NCBI GenBank assembly: GCA_045588165.1
Contig: JAZNDP010000039.1
Location: 1-50,509, forward strand
Source of the DNA: Eubacteriales bacterium
GTDB taxonomy: Bacteria > Bacillota > Clostridia > Oscillospirales > CAG-272
Length of the DNA: 50,509 nucleotides
Reading direction: 5' to 3'
The position numbers and the translations under genes were made by a program. A model generated the notes under the pieces. That model ran no database searches, had not been told where the DNA came from, and was given only the letters and a program-made list of their open reading frames with translations. This document shows, piece by piece, positions 1 to 8,496 of this stretch. Position 1 is the first letter of the stretch. The number at the start of each line of letters is the position of its first letter.

Positions 1-252
1 GAATCTCACCTTTACGCGATCTTCGTACCTCCTGCTCCGAGCAGGCTACCCCGCGGCACATCAGGTCAACTGCTTAATGCTGCTTGGTTCCCCACCTGAC
101 ATGGTTCACAGCTCCCAATTGCGCAAGACCCGCTCTTCAACACAGCAGAATACGACTCAAACCGTATCAGCTCAACCCTCAAAAAAGGAATGAACCCCTG
201 CTGTAGCGGATTTCAGGTACAGGGCTCCGCTAATTCCCCGGCTGGTATGGCC
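1..252 (-). ncRNA. ffs: Large bacterial SRP RNA (scRNA, Alu + S domain); 3' end probably just outside the window
   Basis: The minus strand has an Alu-like 5' part (GGGGAAUUAGCGGAGCCCUGUACCUGAAAUCCGCUACAGCAGGG) and the helix-8 motif GAACCAUGUCAGG-UGG-GGAA-CCA-AGCAGCAUUAAG. The usual UCC-GGAA-GGA stem is replaced by a compensatory UGG-GGAA-CCA. The 5' boundary is approximate. Confidence 0.93.
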
Positions 253-298
253 TTATTTCACAGTCCGTCCGAACTGTCTGCCAAAGACTTACCAATGT

Positions 299-327
299 AT
301 TATAACAGATTTCTTTGATTTTTTCAA
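299..327 (-). promoter_or_regulatory. sigA promoter for SRP RNA
   Basis: TTGAAA (327-322), 17 bp, TATAAT (304-299), with extended -10 TG. Confidence 0.8.
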
Positions 328-370
328 GTATATTTTTAAATTTTCTCCAGATTTCTTCTCATCAATGATG

Positions 371-406
371 AAAAAGGACGTCGACATTTTGCCGACGTCC
401 TTTTTT
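371..406. terminator. Intrinsic terminator (bidirectional shape) after the N/Q-rich small gene
   Basis: AAAAA-GGACGTCG...CGACGTCC-TTTTTT inverted repeat. Confidence 0.8.
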
Positions 407-445
407 GCCGCAACCCGCGGCATAAATCAGGAAACCGAAATTCGC

Positions 446-616
446 TTACCGATTGTTCTGGTAATTCTGATTCTGGTTATTCTGATTGTTTTGATTCTGC
501 TTGTTCTGGTTCTGGTTGTTCTGATTCTGCTTGTTCTGATTGTTCTGGTTGTTCTGATTCTGCTTGTTCTGGTTGTTCTGATTCTGATTGTTCTGATTCT
601 GATTATTGTTCTGCAT
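446..616 (-). CDS. 56-aa Asn/Gln-rich low-complexity microprotein (candidate spore protein)
   Basis: MQNNNQNQNNQ...QNYQNNR; GGAG (626-623) 6 nt before ATG at 616; terminator downstream; sigG-like promoter upstream; repeats stay in frame and mix AAC/AAT codons. Confidence 0.75.
   Translation of the reverse strand: MQNNNQNQNNQNQNNQNKQNQNNQNNQNKQNQNNQNQNKQNQNNQNNQNQNYQNNR
452..612. repeat. Imperfect tandem repeat of 3-9 nt units (ttctga/ttctgg/ttg) encoding the N/Q tract
   Basis: Recurring TTCTGATTCTGCTTGTTCTG-type units are directly visible. Confidence 0.85.
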
Positions 617-758
617 ATTCAGCTCCGTTTCTCCGTCGACCAACGTAATGCATCGCCGTAACAGCCTACGTCGACGGGATCGGACTGTTACTCTTCCCCA
701 CGGCAAGACGTATGACAATTCCTGCCGAGCTTTGTGAGTCGATTTGGACTCACATCAT

Positions 759-788
759 CAGTATGCGCAGAACTTCATTCGCTTATTC
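759..788 (-). promoter_or_regulatory. sigG-like (forespore) promoter
   Basis: GAATA (788-784), 18 bp, CATACTG (765-759); fits the sigG consensus GnATA-N18-CATAcTA. Confidence 0.6.
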
Positions 789-806
789 AAAACAAAACTT
801 AAAAAA

Positions 807-2180
807 TCATTCCAACATATATTTCGTATCCACGGCGTGACCGATGGCGAACAGGACACGAGCCATCATGCCGATGCAAATGGCGGCAAAGATGGGGGAG
901 ATCAAATTGGCAAAGCCGAAATCGGGAATCAAAAGCAAATAAACAACATCGGAGATTGCGTAAAGCACTGACCATACGAAACCCCAAAGAAGCGACTGAT
1001 TCAGATCGCGGTGAAGCCCTTCGATCATCTTCTCCTCTGCCGTTCCGTACCGCTCTCTTCCTACCACAAAGCCGGTATGCTCTGCGATTACCTTTCGCAA
1101 CCCTTGTACCATCAGGAGCATCAGGGCGATCCATAACAGCGACTGCAAAACGTTCACAATGATCAAAACCGTGTAATCCAGTCTTGCTTCGTCGTTCTTA
1201 ATGATCGCGCTGTATGTAAACTGCTCAAAAAAGTGATTTTCCAGCAAAAATGCGATCACCGCAGTAATGCCAAAGGAAGCGGTTAGCGGGATCCAGATCG
1301 GTTTTGGCGCGCGGAAAAACCGATAAAGTATCCAAAACACCAAGCCCAAAAATATCGCGCTCAGAAAATCCGGTATGTAATTTCGGTTTTCCAGACGAAA
1401 ATCCACCGACAGACACAGGGCGATCAGGAAAAGGATCCGGACCGTCTGAAAACGGGAACAGACAAAGAGTCCCGTTTTGGGGAGGATCTCCTTATGATAA
1501 CGTTCGACAAGACCGTCGATCAAAACCCGATCCCCTCGGATTCTATGAAAATACCCTTCGATCTTTACGAGCCAAATCACTCCAAAAATTAAAACCGGAA
1601 GAAACGCCATCATACGAAGAACGCCAATATACCGATAAAGATTCATCCACTCACTGCCCTCGTCGTATACGTTGTTCGTCAGATCCGCCAGTTCGGGCAG
1701 GAAGGAAAGGATTGCCTTCAAAAACACGAAGACAACCGTCAGATTCCGCATCCGATCCGTCACATTCCTTCTTTTTGACGTTCCCTGAAGGAAAATCGAA
1801 GTGTTGGCATAAAAGTATCCCAGCTGATTGAACCCATCAAACAACCGATAATACGCAAGACCGAGGCAAATCATTTCCGCCACGGCAAACACGAAGGACC
1901 ACAGCAAAAGCGAGGAGGTCTGCTCACTGGGAACCGAAATTCCAAACACCCAAAGCAGCGCCAACCATTTTGCCGCGTCGATCAGAATCATTTTTTTGAA
2001 AATCGACAGCGCTCCATTTACCGATTCGTTCAGATGCGCCAATCGGGAAAGCCCGAGGCACAGGAAACTATAGCCCAAAAAATCCGGAAGCACATCAATG
2101 ATTCCGATGTTGGGATTACAGAAAAACAAGAGCGCTATCGCGATCCAGCCAAATCCCATACTGTTTTTTTCTCTCGTCAT
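807..2180 (-). CDS. Uncharacterised polytopic membrane protein with internal duplication (about 10 TM)
   Basis: 457 aa with many hydrophobic segments; repeated motif DVLPDFLGY / NYIPDFLSA; ATGA overlap with the upstream gene. Confidence 0.85.
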   Translation of the reverse strand: MTREKNSMGFGWIAIALLFFCNPNIGIIDVLPDFLGYSFLCLGLSRLAHLNESVNGALSIFKKMILIDAAKWLALLWVFGISVPSEQTSSLLLWSFVFAVAEMICLGLAYYRLFDGFNQLGYFYANTSIFLQGTSKRRNVTDRMRNLTVVFVFLKAILSFLPELADLTNNVYDEGSEWMNLYRYIGVLRMMAFLPVLIFGVIWLVKIEGYFHRIRGDRVLIDGLVERYHKEILPKTGLFVCSRFQTVRILFLIALCLSVDFRLENRNYIPDFLSAIFLGLVFWILYRFFRAPKPIWIPLTASFGITAVIAFLLENHFFEQFTYSAIIKNDEARLDYTVLIIVNVLQSLLWIALMLLMVQGLRKVIAEHTGFVVGRERYGTAEEKMIEGLHRDLNQSLLWGFVWSVLYAISDVVYLLLIPDFGFANLISPIFAAICIGMMARVLFAIGHAVDTKYMLE

Positions 2181-2881
2181 CTTTTTTCCTTTCTCTGACG
2201 CTTCTCCTGCCGATATTCCGCGTATTCCTTGCGAGCCTTTTCCCGTCGTCTCTCATTTTCCGCGCGGAAGCGATTGACAAACTCGAACCGTGAGGCTTTA
2301 CGCTCCATTTCCAGATCACTCTCGTCGCAGATTCGCATATAGCAGGAGCCGATCAGAATCAGGTTGAGAATCTGACATGCCAGATACACGACCCAGGCAA
2401 TCCAAGTAAGCTCGGCGGCACACGCCTGAACACTGGCGATGGGCAGAAGCTTCACCAGATATACGGTGTAGTAAAGGCAGATAAACACGAAGTTTCTGAT
2501 CGCGCTCCCCGCAATCTTCCCGACCTCCGTCTCCTTGGCGATTGCCCGAATACTATACAGCATGAGTGTCTGAAAGATGAAAAATACCACCTGCTCTATG
2601 GCGCTGAAAACACCCTCGTAGCCCTCCGAGAACAGAGGCTTTTTGATCCATTGCATCTCATAGAAAAGACGGGAGACGTCGGCGCTGACGAGAGCCGTTG
2701 AAAACAGCAGCATAAGAAGCGCGCCCAGCCCCATCCAAAGGAATGACCGATGATACTGCCGCAGACGATAGGCAGACACCAAGACGATCCCATATCCCAA
2801 CACGCGAATATACGCGCCGAAGGAATTCAGAGTCATAAAGGTCGCAACAAAATATCCGATAAAGAGCAATCCAAAGCCCAT
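2177..2881 (-). CDS. Uncharacterised membrane protein (about 5 TM) with a charged C-terminal tail
   Basis: Start reassigned to MGFGLLF (GAGGT RBS); hydrophobic helices, then an R/E/K-rich tail. Confidence 0.82.
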   Translation of the reverse strand: MGFGLLFIGYFVATFMTLNSFGAYIRVLGYGIVLVSAYRLRQYHRSFLWMGLGALLMLLFSTALVSADVSRLFYEMQWIKKPLFSEGYEGVFSAIEQVVFFIFQTLMLYSIRAIAKETEVGKIAGSAIRNFVFICLYYTVYLVKLLPIASVQACAAELTWIAWVVYLACQILNLILIGSCYMRICDESDLEMERKASRFEFVNRFRAENERRREKARKEYAEYRQEKRQRKEKR

Positions 2882-2895
2882 GTTCTTACCTCGTG

Positions 2896-2931
2896 GCATG
2901 ACCGAATCCCTACGCCAAAATTCGGTCATGC
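2896..2931. other. Intergenic stem-loop after secA with no U-tract in the secA direction
   Basis: GCATGACCGAAT-N12-ATTCGGTCATGC, 12-bp inverted repeat. Confidence 0.6.
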
Positions 2932-2940
2932 TTATTTTGA

Positions 2941-5697
2941 TTATTCGTTTTCCCCTCCGGGGGCGCCGCAGCACTTTTTGTATTTCTTACCCGATCCGCT
3001 GGGACAGGGATCGTTTCTTCCCACACTTGCCTCTGCTCTCTTTCTGACAGTAACCTTTTTCGCCTTCTTTTGTCCGTTGTCCTCAAACCCTTCGTTCAGA
3101 GGCTTTGCCAGCTGAACTCTTTTGACCTCGGGGGTCTGAACGGTAACCGAAAGGATCATACGTGTGGTGCGATCCCGAATGTCGCCTACCATGGCATCAA
3201 ACATATCCGCTCCCTGCAAACGGTACTCATTCACGGGATCTCTCTGAGCATAGGATTGCAGACGAATACTGTCCTTCAGATCCTCCATGGCGTCGATGTG
3301 ATCCATCCAGTTCCGATCCACGTTTTGGAGAAGCACTGCCCGCTCCAGTTCACGGAAGCGCTCCGCGCCGATGGCGGTTTCCTTTTCGTGATACAGAGCC
3401 AGGGCACGATCACAAAGCTCCTCGATAATAGCGTCCTGATCCAATCCCTTCAGCTCGTTCTCCTCATACCGATAATCCTCAGCGGTAGTCAGCAAGCCTT
3501 TATACGCTTCCCTCAAGCCGTTGAAATCCCACATCGTGGCATCATCTCCGTGGAGATAAGTCTCGGCGTTTTCTCTGACCGTCGCAAGGATCATCTTCTG
3601 AACCGTGCCGCTAATATCCTCGCCGTTCAGTACGTCGTTTCTCTGCTTATAGATCACGTTTCTCTGCTGATTCATCACGTCGTCATAGGTCAGCACGTAT
3701 TTGCGACGCTTGAAGTTCTGATCCTCGATCCGCTTCTGGGCTGACTCAATGGTATTGGACAGAATCTTGGCATCAATGGGGGTATCGTCGGGCAATCCCA
3801 GACGGTTTACCATGCCGATCAAGCGATCAGAGCCAAAGAGGCGCATCAGATCGTCCTCCAAAGACAGATAGAAACGGGATTCACCAGGGTCCCCCTGCCG
3901 TCCCGAACGTCCCCGAAGCTGGTTATCAATCCGTCGGCTCTCATGCCGCTCGGTACCGAGGATAAACAATCCTCCCGCTTCTCTGACCTGCTCCGCCTCA
4001 GGCGCAATTTCCACCTTGAAGCGCTCATAAAGCTCTCTGAAAATCCGTCTTGCGTTTTTGACTTCCTCATCATCGATCTCCGCCGTTCCCGTCGCCATGG
4101 CGATCAGGTCGTCGTCGATCTCCATCTTCCGCATTTCCTTTTTCGCCATATATTCGGGATTTCCGCCCAGCATAATGTCGGTTCCTCGTCCCGCCATATT
4201 GGTGGAAATAGTGACAGCACCCAGCTTGCCTGCCTGCGCCACGATCTCCGCCTCTCGGTCATGGTACTTTGCGTTCAGAACCGTATGAGCGATTCCCTGC
4301 CGCTTCAGTCGGCGGGAAAGCTCCTCGGATTTGTCAATGGAAACGGTTCCCACAAGAACGGGCTGTCCCTTGTCGTGACAGTCCATGATCTGTCGGATCA
4401 CGGCATTGTATTTCTGATCCACGGTCTTATAGACCGCATCGGCATGATCCTCTCGGATCATGGGCTTATTGGTGGGAATTTCTATGACGTCCAAGCCGTA
4501 AATCTCGCGAAATTCATTTTCCTCAGTCAGCGCCGTACCGGTCATACCGGACAGTTTATTATACATTCTGAAATAGTTCTGGAAGGTAATAGTCGCCAAG
4601 GTTTTGTTTTCCTTTTCGATCTTCACGCCCTCCTTGGCTTCAATGGCTTGGTGCAAACCGTTGGAGTATCTTCTTCCCGGCATCAACCGTCCCGTAAAGG
4701 AATCCACGATCATGACACCGTGCTCGTTGACCACGTAATCCACGTCAAGCTTCATAATGCCGTGAGCGCGAATCGCCTGATTAATATGATGAGAGATCTC
4801 GGAGTTTGCCGCATCGGACAGATTTTCCAGACCAAAGAACTCCTCCGCCTTTCTCGCGCCCGAGGGAGTCAGAATCGCGTTGTTGGCTTTTTCGTCCACA
4901 ATGTAATCGGCTTCGATATCATCGTAGCTTTCCTTGGAATCCATCTCCTTGATCACGTATTTTCGCAAGCGACGGGCAAAGACGTCCGCGCGATCGTACA
5001 AATCCGTGGATTTTTCTCCCGCGCCGGAAATGATCAAAGGTGTTCTTGCCTCATCCACAAGAATGGAGTCCACCTCGTCTACGATCGCAAAGTGATGTCC
5101 GCGCTGAACCATGCGCTCCTTATACACCACCATGTTATCACGGAGGTAATCAAAGCCAAACTCGTTGTTGGTTCCATAGGTAATATCCGCCGCGTACGCC
5201 GCCTTTTTATTCTCGGGAGAAATACCGTGCACCACAAGACCGGTAGTCAGTCCCATAAACTCGTACACACGACCCATTTCCTCGCTGTCTCGCCGCGCCA
5301 GATAGTCGTTGACGGTAACCACGTGAACCCCCTTTCCGCTCAAGGCGTTCAAGTATGCGGGCATGGTCGCCACCAGCGTCTTACCCTCACCGGTCTTCAT
5401 TTCGGCAATTCGTCCCTGATGGAGGATAATACCGCCGATGATCTGCACACGGAAGGGGCGTTTGCCGAGAATACGGTCATCCGCCTCACGAATTGCCGCG
5501 TAAGCATCCGCCATGATATCCTCAAGAGTCTCCCCGTTTGCCAATCGCTCTTTCAGCAGATCAGTGGTTCCCGACAGCTCCTCATTTGTCATTGCCGCGT
5601 ATTTAGGAGCCAGAGATTCTATATAGTCTACGTACTTTTCCAGCTTTTTGAGCTGTCTGTCGCTATAGGTTCCAAAAAGTTTCGTTGCCAGTCCCAT
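2941..5697 (-). CDS. secA: Preprotein translocase ATPase SecA
   Basis: AEMKTGEGKT, VDEVDSILVDEARTPLIISG, TNMAGRGTDI, RRIDNQLRGRSGRQGDPG, C-terminal SEC-C; GGAGG RBS before MGLATK. Confidence 0.99.
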   Translation of the reverse strand: MGLATKLFGTYSDRQLKKLEKYVDYIESLAPKYAAMTNEELSGTTDLLKERLANGETLEDIMADAYAAIREADDRILGKRPFRVQIIGGIILHQGRIAEMKTGEGKTLVATMPAYLNALSGKGVHVVTVNDYLARRDSEEMGRVYEFMGLTTGLVVHGISPENKKAAYAADITYGTNNEFGFDYLRDNMVVYKERMVQRGHHFAIVDEVDSILVDEARTPLIISGAGEKSTDLYDRADVFARRLRKYVIKEMDSKESYDDIEADYIVDEKANNAILTPSGARKAEEFFGLENLSDAANSEISHHINQAIRAHGIMKLDVDYVVNEHGVMIVDSFTGRLMPGRRYSNGLHQAIEAKEGVKIEKENKTLATITFQNYFRMYNKLSGMTGTALTEENEFREIYGLDVIEIPTNKPMIREDHADAVYKTVDQKYNAVIRQIMDCHDKGQPVLVGTVSIDKSEELSRRLKRQGIAHTVLNAKYHDREAEIVAQAGKLGAVTISTNMAGRGTDIMLGGNPEYMAKKEMRKMEIDDDLIAMATGTAEIDDEEVKNARRIFRELYERFKVEIAPEAEQVREAGGLFILGTERHESRRIDNQLRGRSGRQGDPGESRFYLSLEDDLMRLFGSDRLIGMVNRLGLPDDTPIDAKILSNTIESAQKRIEDQNFKRRKYVLTYDDVMNQQRNVIYKQRNDVLNGEDISGTVQKMILATVRENAETYLHGDDATMWDFNGLREAYKGLLTTAEDYRYEENELKGLDQDAIIEELCDRALALYHEKETAIGAERFRELERAVLLQNVDRNWMDHIDAMEDLKDSIRLQSYAQRDPVNEYRLQGADMFDAMVGDIRDRTTRMILSVTVQTPEVKRVQLAKPLNEGFEDNGQKKAKKVTVRKRAEASVGRNDPCPSGSGKKYKKCCGAPGGENE

Positions 5698-5727
5698 CAC
5701 AAGACCTCCAAAAAATATATTCATAAT

Positions 5728-5756
5728 ATTATACTACATTTTCGTCCTTTTTTCAA
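5728..5756 (-). promoter_or_regulatory. sigA promoter of secA
   Basis: TTGAAA-17-TATAAT on the minus strand. Confidence 0.75.
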
Positions 5757-5806
5757 GTCCTTATGGAAATTGAGCCCCTATTTATTGTAAATTTTTTTAC
5801 ATCCCC

Positions 5807-5835
5807 TTGAAAATAGCCCCGAAAAGTACTATAAT
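5807..5835 (+). promoter_or_regulatory. sigA promoter of trmL-mnmA
   Basis: TTGAAA-17-TATAAT. Confidence 0.75.
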
Positions 5836-5871
5836 ATAGGCAAGAAAACCATTAAAATGAAAGAGATTTCC

Positions 5872-6381
5872 ATGAAAAAAATCAACATTGTTTTACACGA
5901 GCCTGAAATTCCACAGAACACGGGTAACATCGCCAGAACCTGCGCCGCCACCGGAGCGTCTCTGCACATCATTCGCCCCATGGGATTTGAGATCGATGAC
6001 AAAAAGCTGAAACGGGCGGGACTGGATTATTGGGATAAGCTGGATATTACCTATTACGACGATTACGCGGATTTTCTTACAAGAAATCCCAATGCCGGGG
6101 CAAAAACCTATTATTTCAGCACAAAGGCGCCAAGAGCTTATACCGAGGTATCCCCCTATCCCGATGGCGTCTACATTATGTTCGGCAAAGAAACCAAAGG
6201 AATTCCCGAGGATATTTTATACCACAATCGGGACTTTTGCGTTCGGATCCCCATGCGGGATACCATTCGCTCCCTTAACCTGTCCAATTCCGTGGCAATT
6301 GCCGTGTTTGAGATCCTGCGCCAATGGGATTTCGACGGCTTACGGGAGGACGGAAAGCTGACCGAAAAGGACTGGTCATAA
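5872..6381 (+). CDS. trmL: tRNA (cytidine/uridine-34 2'-O)-methyltransferase, SPOUT family
   Basis: PEIPQNTGNIARTC, RAGLDYW, FGKETKG, RSLNLSNS; the start could also be 5857. Confidence 0.95.
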   Translation: MKKINIVLHEPEIPQNTGNIARTCAATGASLHIIRPMGFEIDDKKLKRAGLDYWDKLDITYYDDYADFLTRNPNAGAKTYYFSTKAPRAYTEVSPYPDGVYIMFGKETKGIPEDILYHNRDFCVRIPMRDTIRSLNLSNSVAIAVFEILRQWDFDGLREDGKLTEKDWS

Positions 6382-6405
6382 TTCAAAAAAGAAAGTGATG
6401 ACGAG

Positions 6406-7476
6406 ATGAATCCACTTCGTGTTTTAGTTGCCATGAGCGGCGGCGTTGACAGCGCTGTTTGCGCTTATTTATTGAAACAGCAAGGATATTCGGTGGAGGG
6501 GTTGACCATGAAACTTTGGTCAGACACCGAGGTGCTTGATGACGAAGCCGACCCCCATCCCGACCAAAACTGTCTGGACGCCATGGCGGTTGCCGATCAA
6601 CTGAATATTCCCCATCATCGGACATCCCTTGGCATGCGCTTTCGATCTTCCGTGGTGGATCCTTTTGTGGAGGATTATATCGCCGGAAGGACACCGAATC
6701 CTTGTGTGGAATGCAATCGGCATATCAAATTCGGACAGCTCCTGCGCATCGCGAGGGAGAAGGGCTTTGACCGTCTTGCCACGGGACATTACGCCCGTCT
6801 GGAGCAGACTGCCTCCGGCACGTTTCTGCTGAAAAAGGCAGAAGATCCGAGGAAGGACCAATCCTACTTTCTCTGGGGGATCCCCAAAGACGACCTGTCA
6901 AAAATTCTGTTTCCCCTCGGCAAGTTTTCCAAGGAGGAGATCCGCGACATCGCCGCCCGACAGGAGCTCCGTTGCGCGCACCGCTCGGACAGTCAGGATA
7001 TCTGCTTCATCCCCGACGGAGATTACGTTTCCTTTATACAAAAGCAAACTGACCGCTCCTTCCCCGTCGGCTCCTTCATCGGAACGGACGGAAAGGTTCT
7101 CGGACAGCACGGCGGTCTGATCCGCTATACCGTCGGTCAAAGAAAGGGACTGGGCATCGCGCTGGGACAGCCCATGTTCGTCTGTCAAAAAAATTGCGCC
7201 GATAATACCGTCACCCTTTGCTCGGACCGCGAGCTGTATACGAACACGCTGACCGCATCCAAGCTGAACCTGTTGGTGGACGCGCCCTTTGCCATGCCCC
7301 AACGGTTGGAGGCAAAAATACGGTACCGTCACACCCCCGCCACCGCCACGGTTACTCAAATTGACGAGTCACGGATTTCTCTTTTATTTGACGAGCCGCA
7401 ACGGGCAATCGCCCCAGGGCAGTCGGTCGTTTTGTACGACGGAGACACGGTAATCGGCGGAGCAATCATTGACTGA
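6406..7476 (+). CDS. mnmA: tRNA 2-thiouridylase MnmA
   Basis: AMSGGVDS PP-loop, TPNPCVECN, ATGHYA, KDQSYFL, DSQDICF, TVGQRKG, PGQSVVLY. Confidence 0.97.
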   Translation: MNPLRVLVAMSGGVDSAVCAYLLKQQGYSVEGLTMKLWSDTEVLDDEADPHPDQNCLDAMAVADQLNIPHHRTSLGMRFRSSVVDPFVEDYIAGRTPNPCVECNRHIKFGQLLRIAREKGFDRLATGHYARLEQTASGTFLLKKAEDPRKDQSYFLWGIPKDDLSKILFPLGKFSKEEIRDIAARQELRCAHRSDSQDICFIPDGDYVSFIQKQTDRSFPVGSFIGTDGKVLGQHGGLIRYTVGQRKGLGIALGQPMFVCQKNCADNTVTLCSDRELYTNTLTASKLNLLVDAPFAMPQRLEAKIRYRHTPATATVTQIDESRISLLFDEPQRAIAPGQSVVLYDGDTVIGGAIID

Positions 7477-7526
7477 TAAACGGGGCTCCCAACGGAGCCC
7501 TATTCCGCTGTAAGGAGGATACTCAC

Positions 7527-8396
7527 TTGAAAACGCTGCATTTCCCCGAGTTATTTGAGGATATTCCCGTAAAGATCACCTATTGCGATCAGGCGCAGGT
7601 AGCAGAGCACAAGCACGACTTTTTTGAATTGGTTTACGTCTGCGATGGGAAAGCCGAGCATATTTTTGAGAATAAAACAGTCATTATTCAAAAGGGTGAC
7701 TTTTTTCTCGTCAATCTCCACAGTCCCCACCAATATCGTGCCATCGGCTCGAACTCCTTTGCCGTCATCAACTGTCTCTTTCTCCCTCAGCTGATAGACG
7801 TCTCTCTCAAGGATGCCCGTAGCTTTCAGGACATTCTTGACCGATATCTGCCTCAATACGGTGGAGGGGGATTTGACGAATCTCCCACGAGAAGAATCTT
7901 CCACGACGAAACCGGATTTGTCGGTGAGATCACAAAAAACATTCTGTTGGAATTCGAGGAAAAACGGGTGGGATATGCCGACGTGATCCGCAACCTTTTA
8001 ATGACGCTGATCCTGTATCTCGTTCGGCGGGAAGCCCCCTCCGCCTCAAATCCCACCGAGCAAACGATACGCGACATCAAAACCTACGTGGGACGGCATT
8101 ACATGCAGTCCCTGCAATTATCTGCCATCTGTCGGGAAATGAATTTCAGCGTTCCCTACATCAGCGCCCTCTTTCGGCGAGAATGCGGCGTTACCTTTCG
8201 GGAATACCTCATCCGCGTTCGGATCGAAAAATCCTGTCAGCTCCTGCGCGGATCCAAAATGACCGTACAAGAGATCGCCTCCTGCGTCGGCTACAGCGAC
8301 CCCGCCTTTTTCTATAAGACCTTCCGACGGGAAATGTCGTTGTCTCCCGACGAATACCGCAGAAAAAATCAGGTGCCGCAGTCACAGCCCCATTGA
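7527..8396 (+). CDS. AraC-family transcriptional regulator (cupin + HTH)
   Basis: HKHDFFELVYVCDG cupin; C-terminal IASCVGYSDPAFFYKTFRREMSLSPDEYR; TTG start after AAGGAGG. Confidence 0.92.
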   Translation: MKTLHFPELFEDIPVKITYCDQAQVAEHKHDFFELVYVCDGKAEHIFENKTVIIQKGDFFLVNLHSPHQYRAIGSNSFAVINCLFLPQLIDVSLKDARSFQDILDRYLPQYGGGGFDESPTRRIFHDETGFVGEITKNILLEFEEKRVGYADVIRNLLMTLILYLVRREAPSASNPTEQTIRDIKTYVGRHYMQSLQLSAICREMNFSVPYISALFRRECGVTFREYLIRVRIEKSCQLLRGSKMTVQEIASCVGYSDPAFFYKTFRREMSLSPDEYRRKNQVPQSQPH

Positions 8397-8412
8397 TTTT
8401 CACAAAAAAGTC

Positions 8413-8441
8413 TTGAATATTTCCGAATGGTATGGTATAAT
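8413..8441 (+). promoter_or_regulatory. sigA promoter of the plsY operon
   Basis: TTGAAT-17-TATAAT with extended TG. Confidence 0.7.
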
Positions 8442-8496
8442 AATTAAAGTTTGCATTTTTTATTTCATTCATCATTGGAATGAACAGGAGTTATTT

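Noticed and set aside
452-612. Repeat tract as a CRISPR array
   Set aside because: Units are 3-9 nt and contiguous with no unique spacers; no cas genes in the window
365-661. 98-aa plus-strand poly-Ile/Leu/Val ORF that looks like a membrane protein
   Set aside because: It is the antisense shadow of the N/Q repeat: it runs through the terminator hairpin and has no RBS, while the minus-strand ORF has an RBS, promoter and terminator
630-695. HDV-like ribozyme reading of the leader pseudoknot
   Set aside because: A 7-bp G-initiated helix followed by GG is present, but I could not fit a P3 helix with the conserved L3 loop, so it is not called a ribozyme
617-718. 34-aa N-terminal extension of the N/Q ORF given by the ORF track
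   Set aside because: The good RBS sits before the ATG at 616; the extension coincides with the structured leader and differs in composition
3943-5790. Long antisense ORFs (615 aa here; also 23511-25307, 40490-41995, 44382-45845, 48267-49481)
   Set aside because: They lie opposite well-conserved genes (secA, addB, guaB, glyQS, tgt), have no recognisable motifs, and are expected from codon bias
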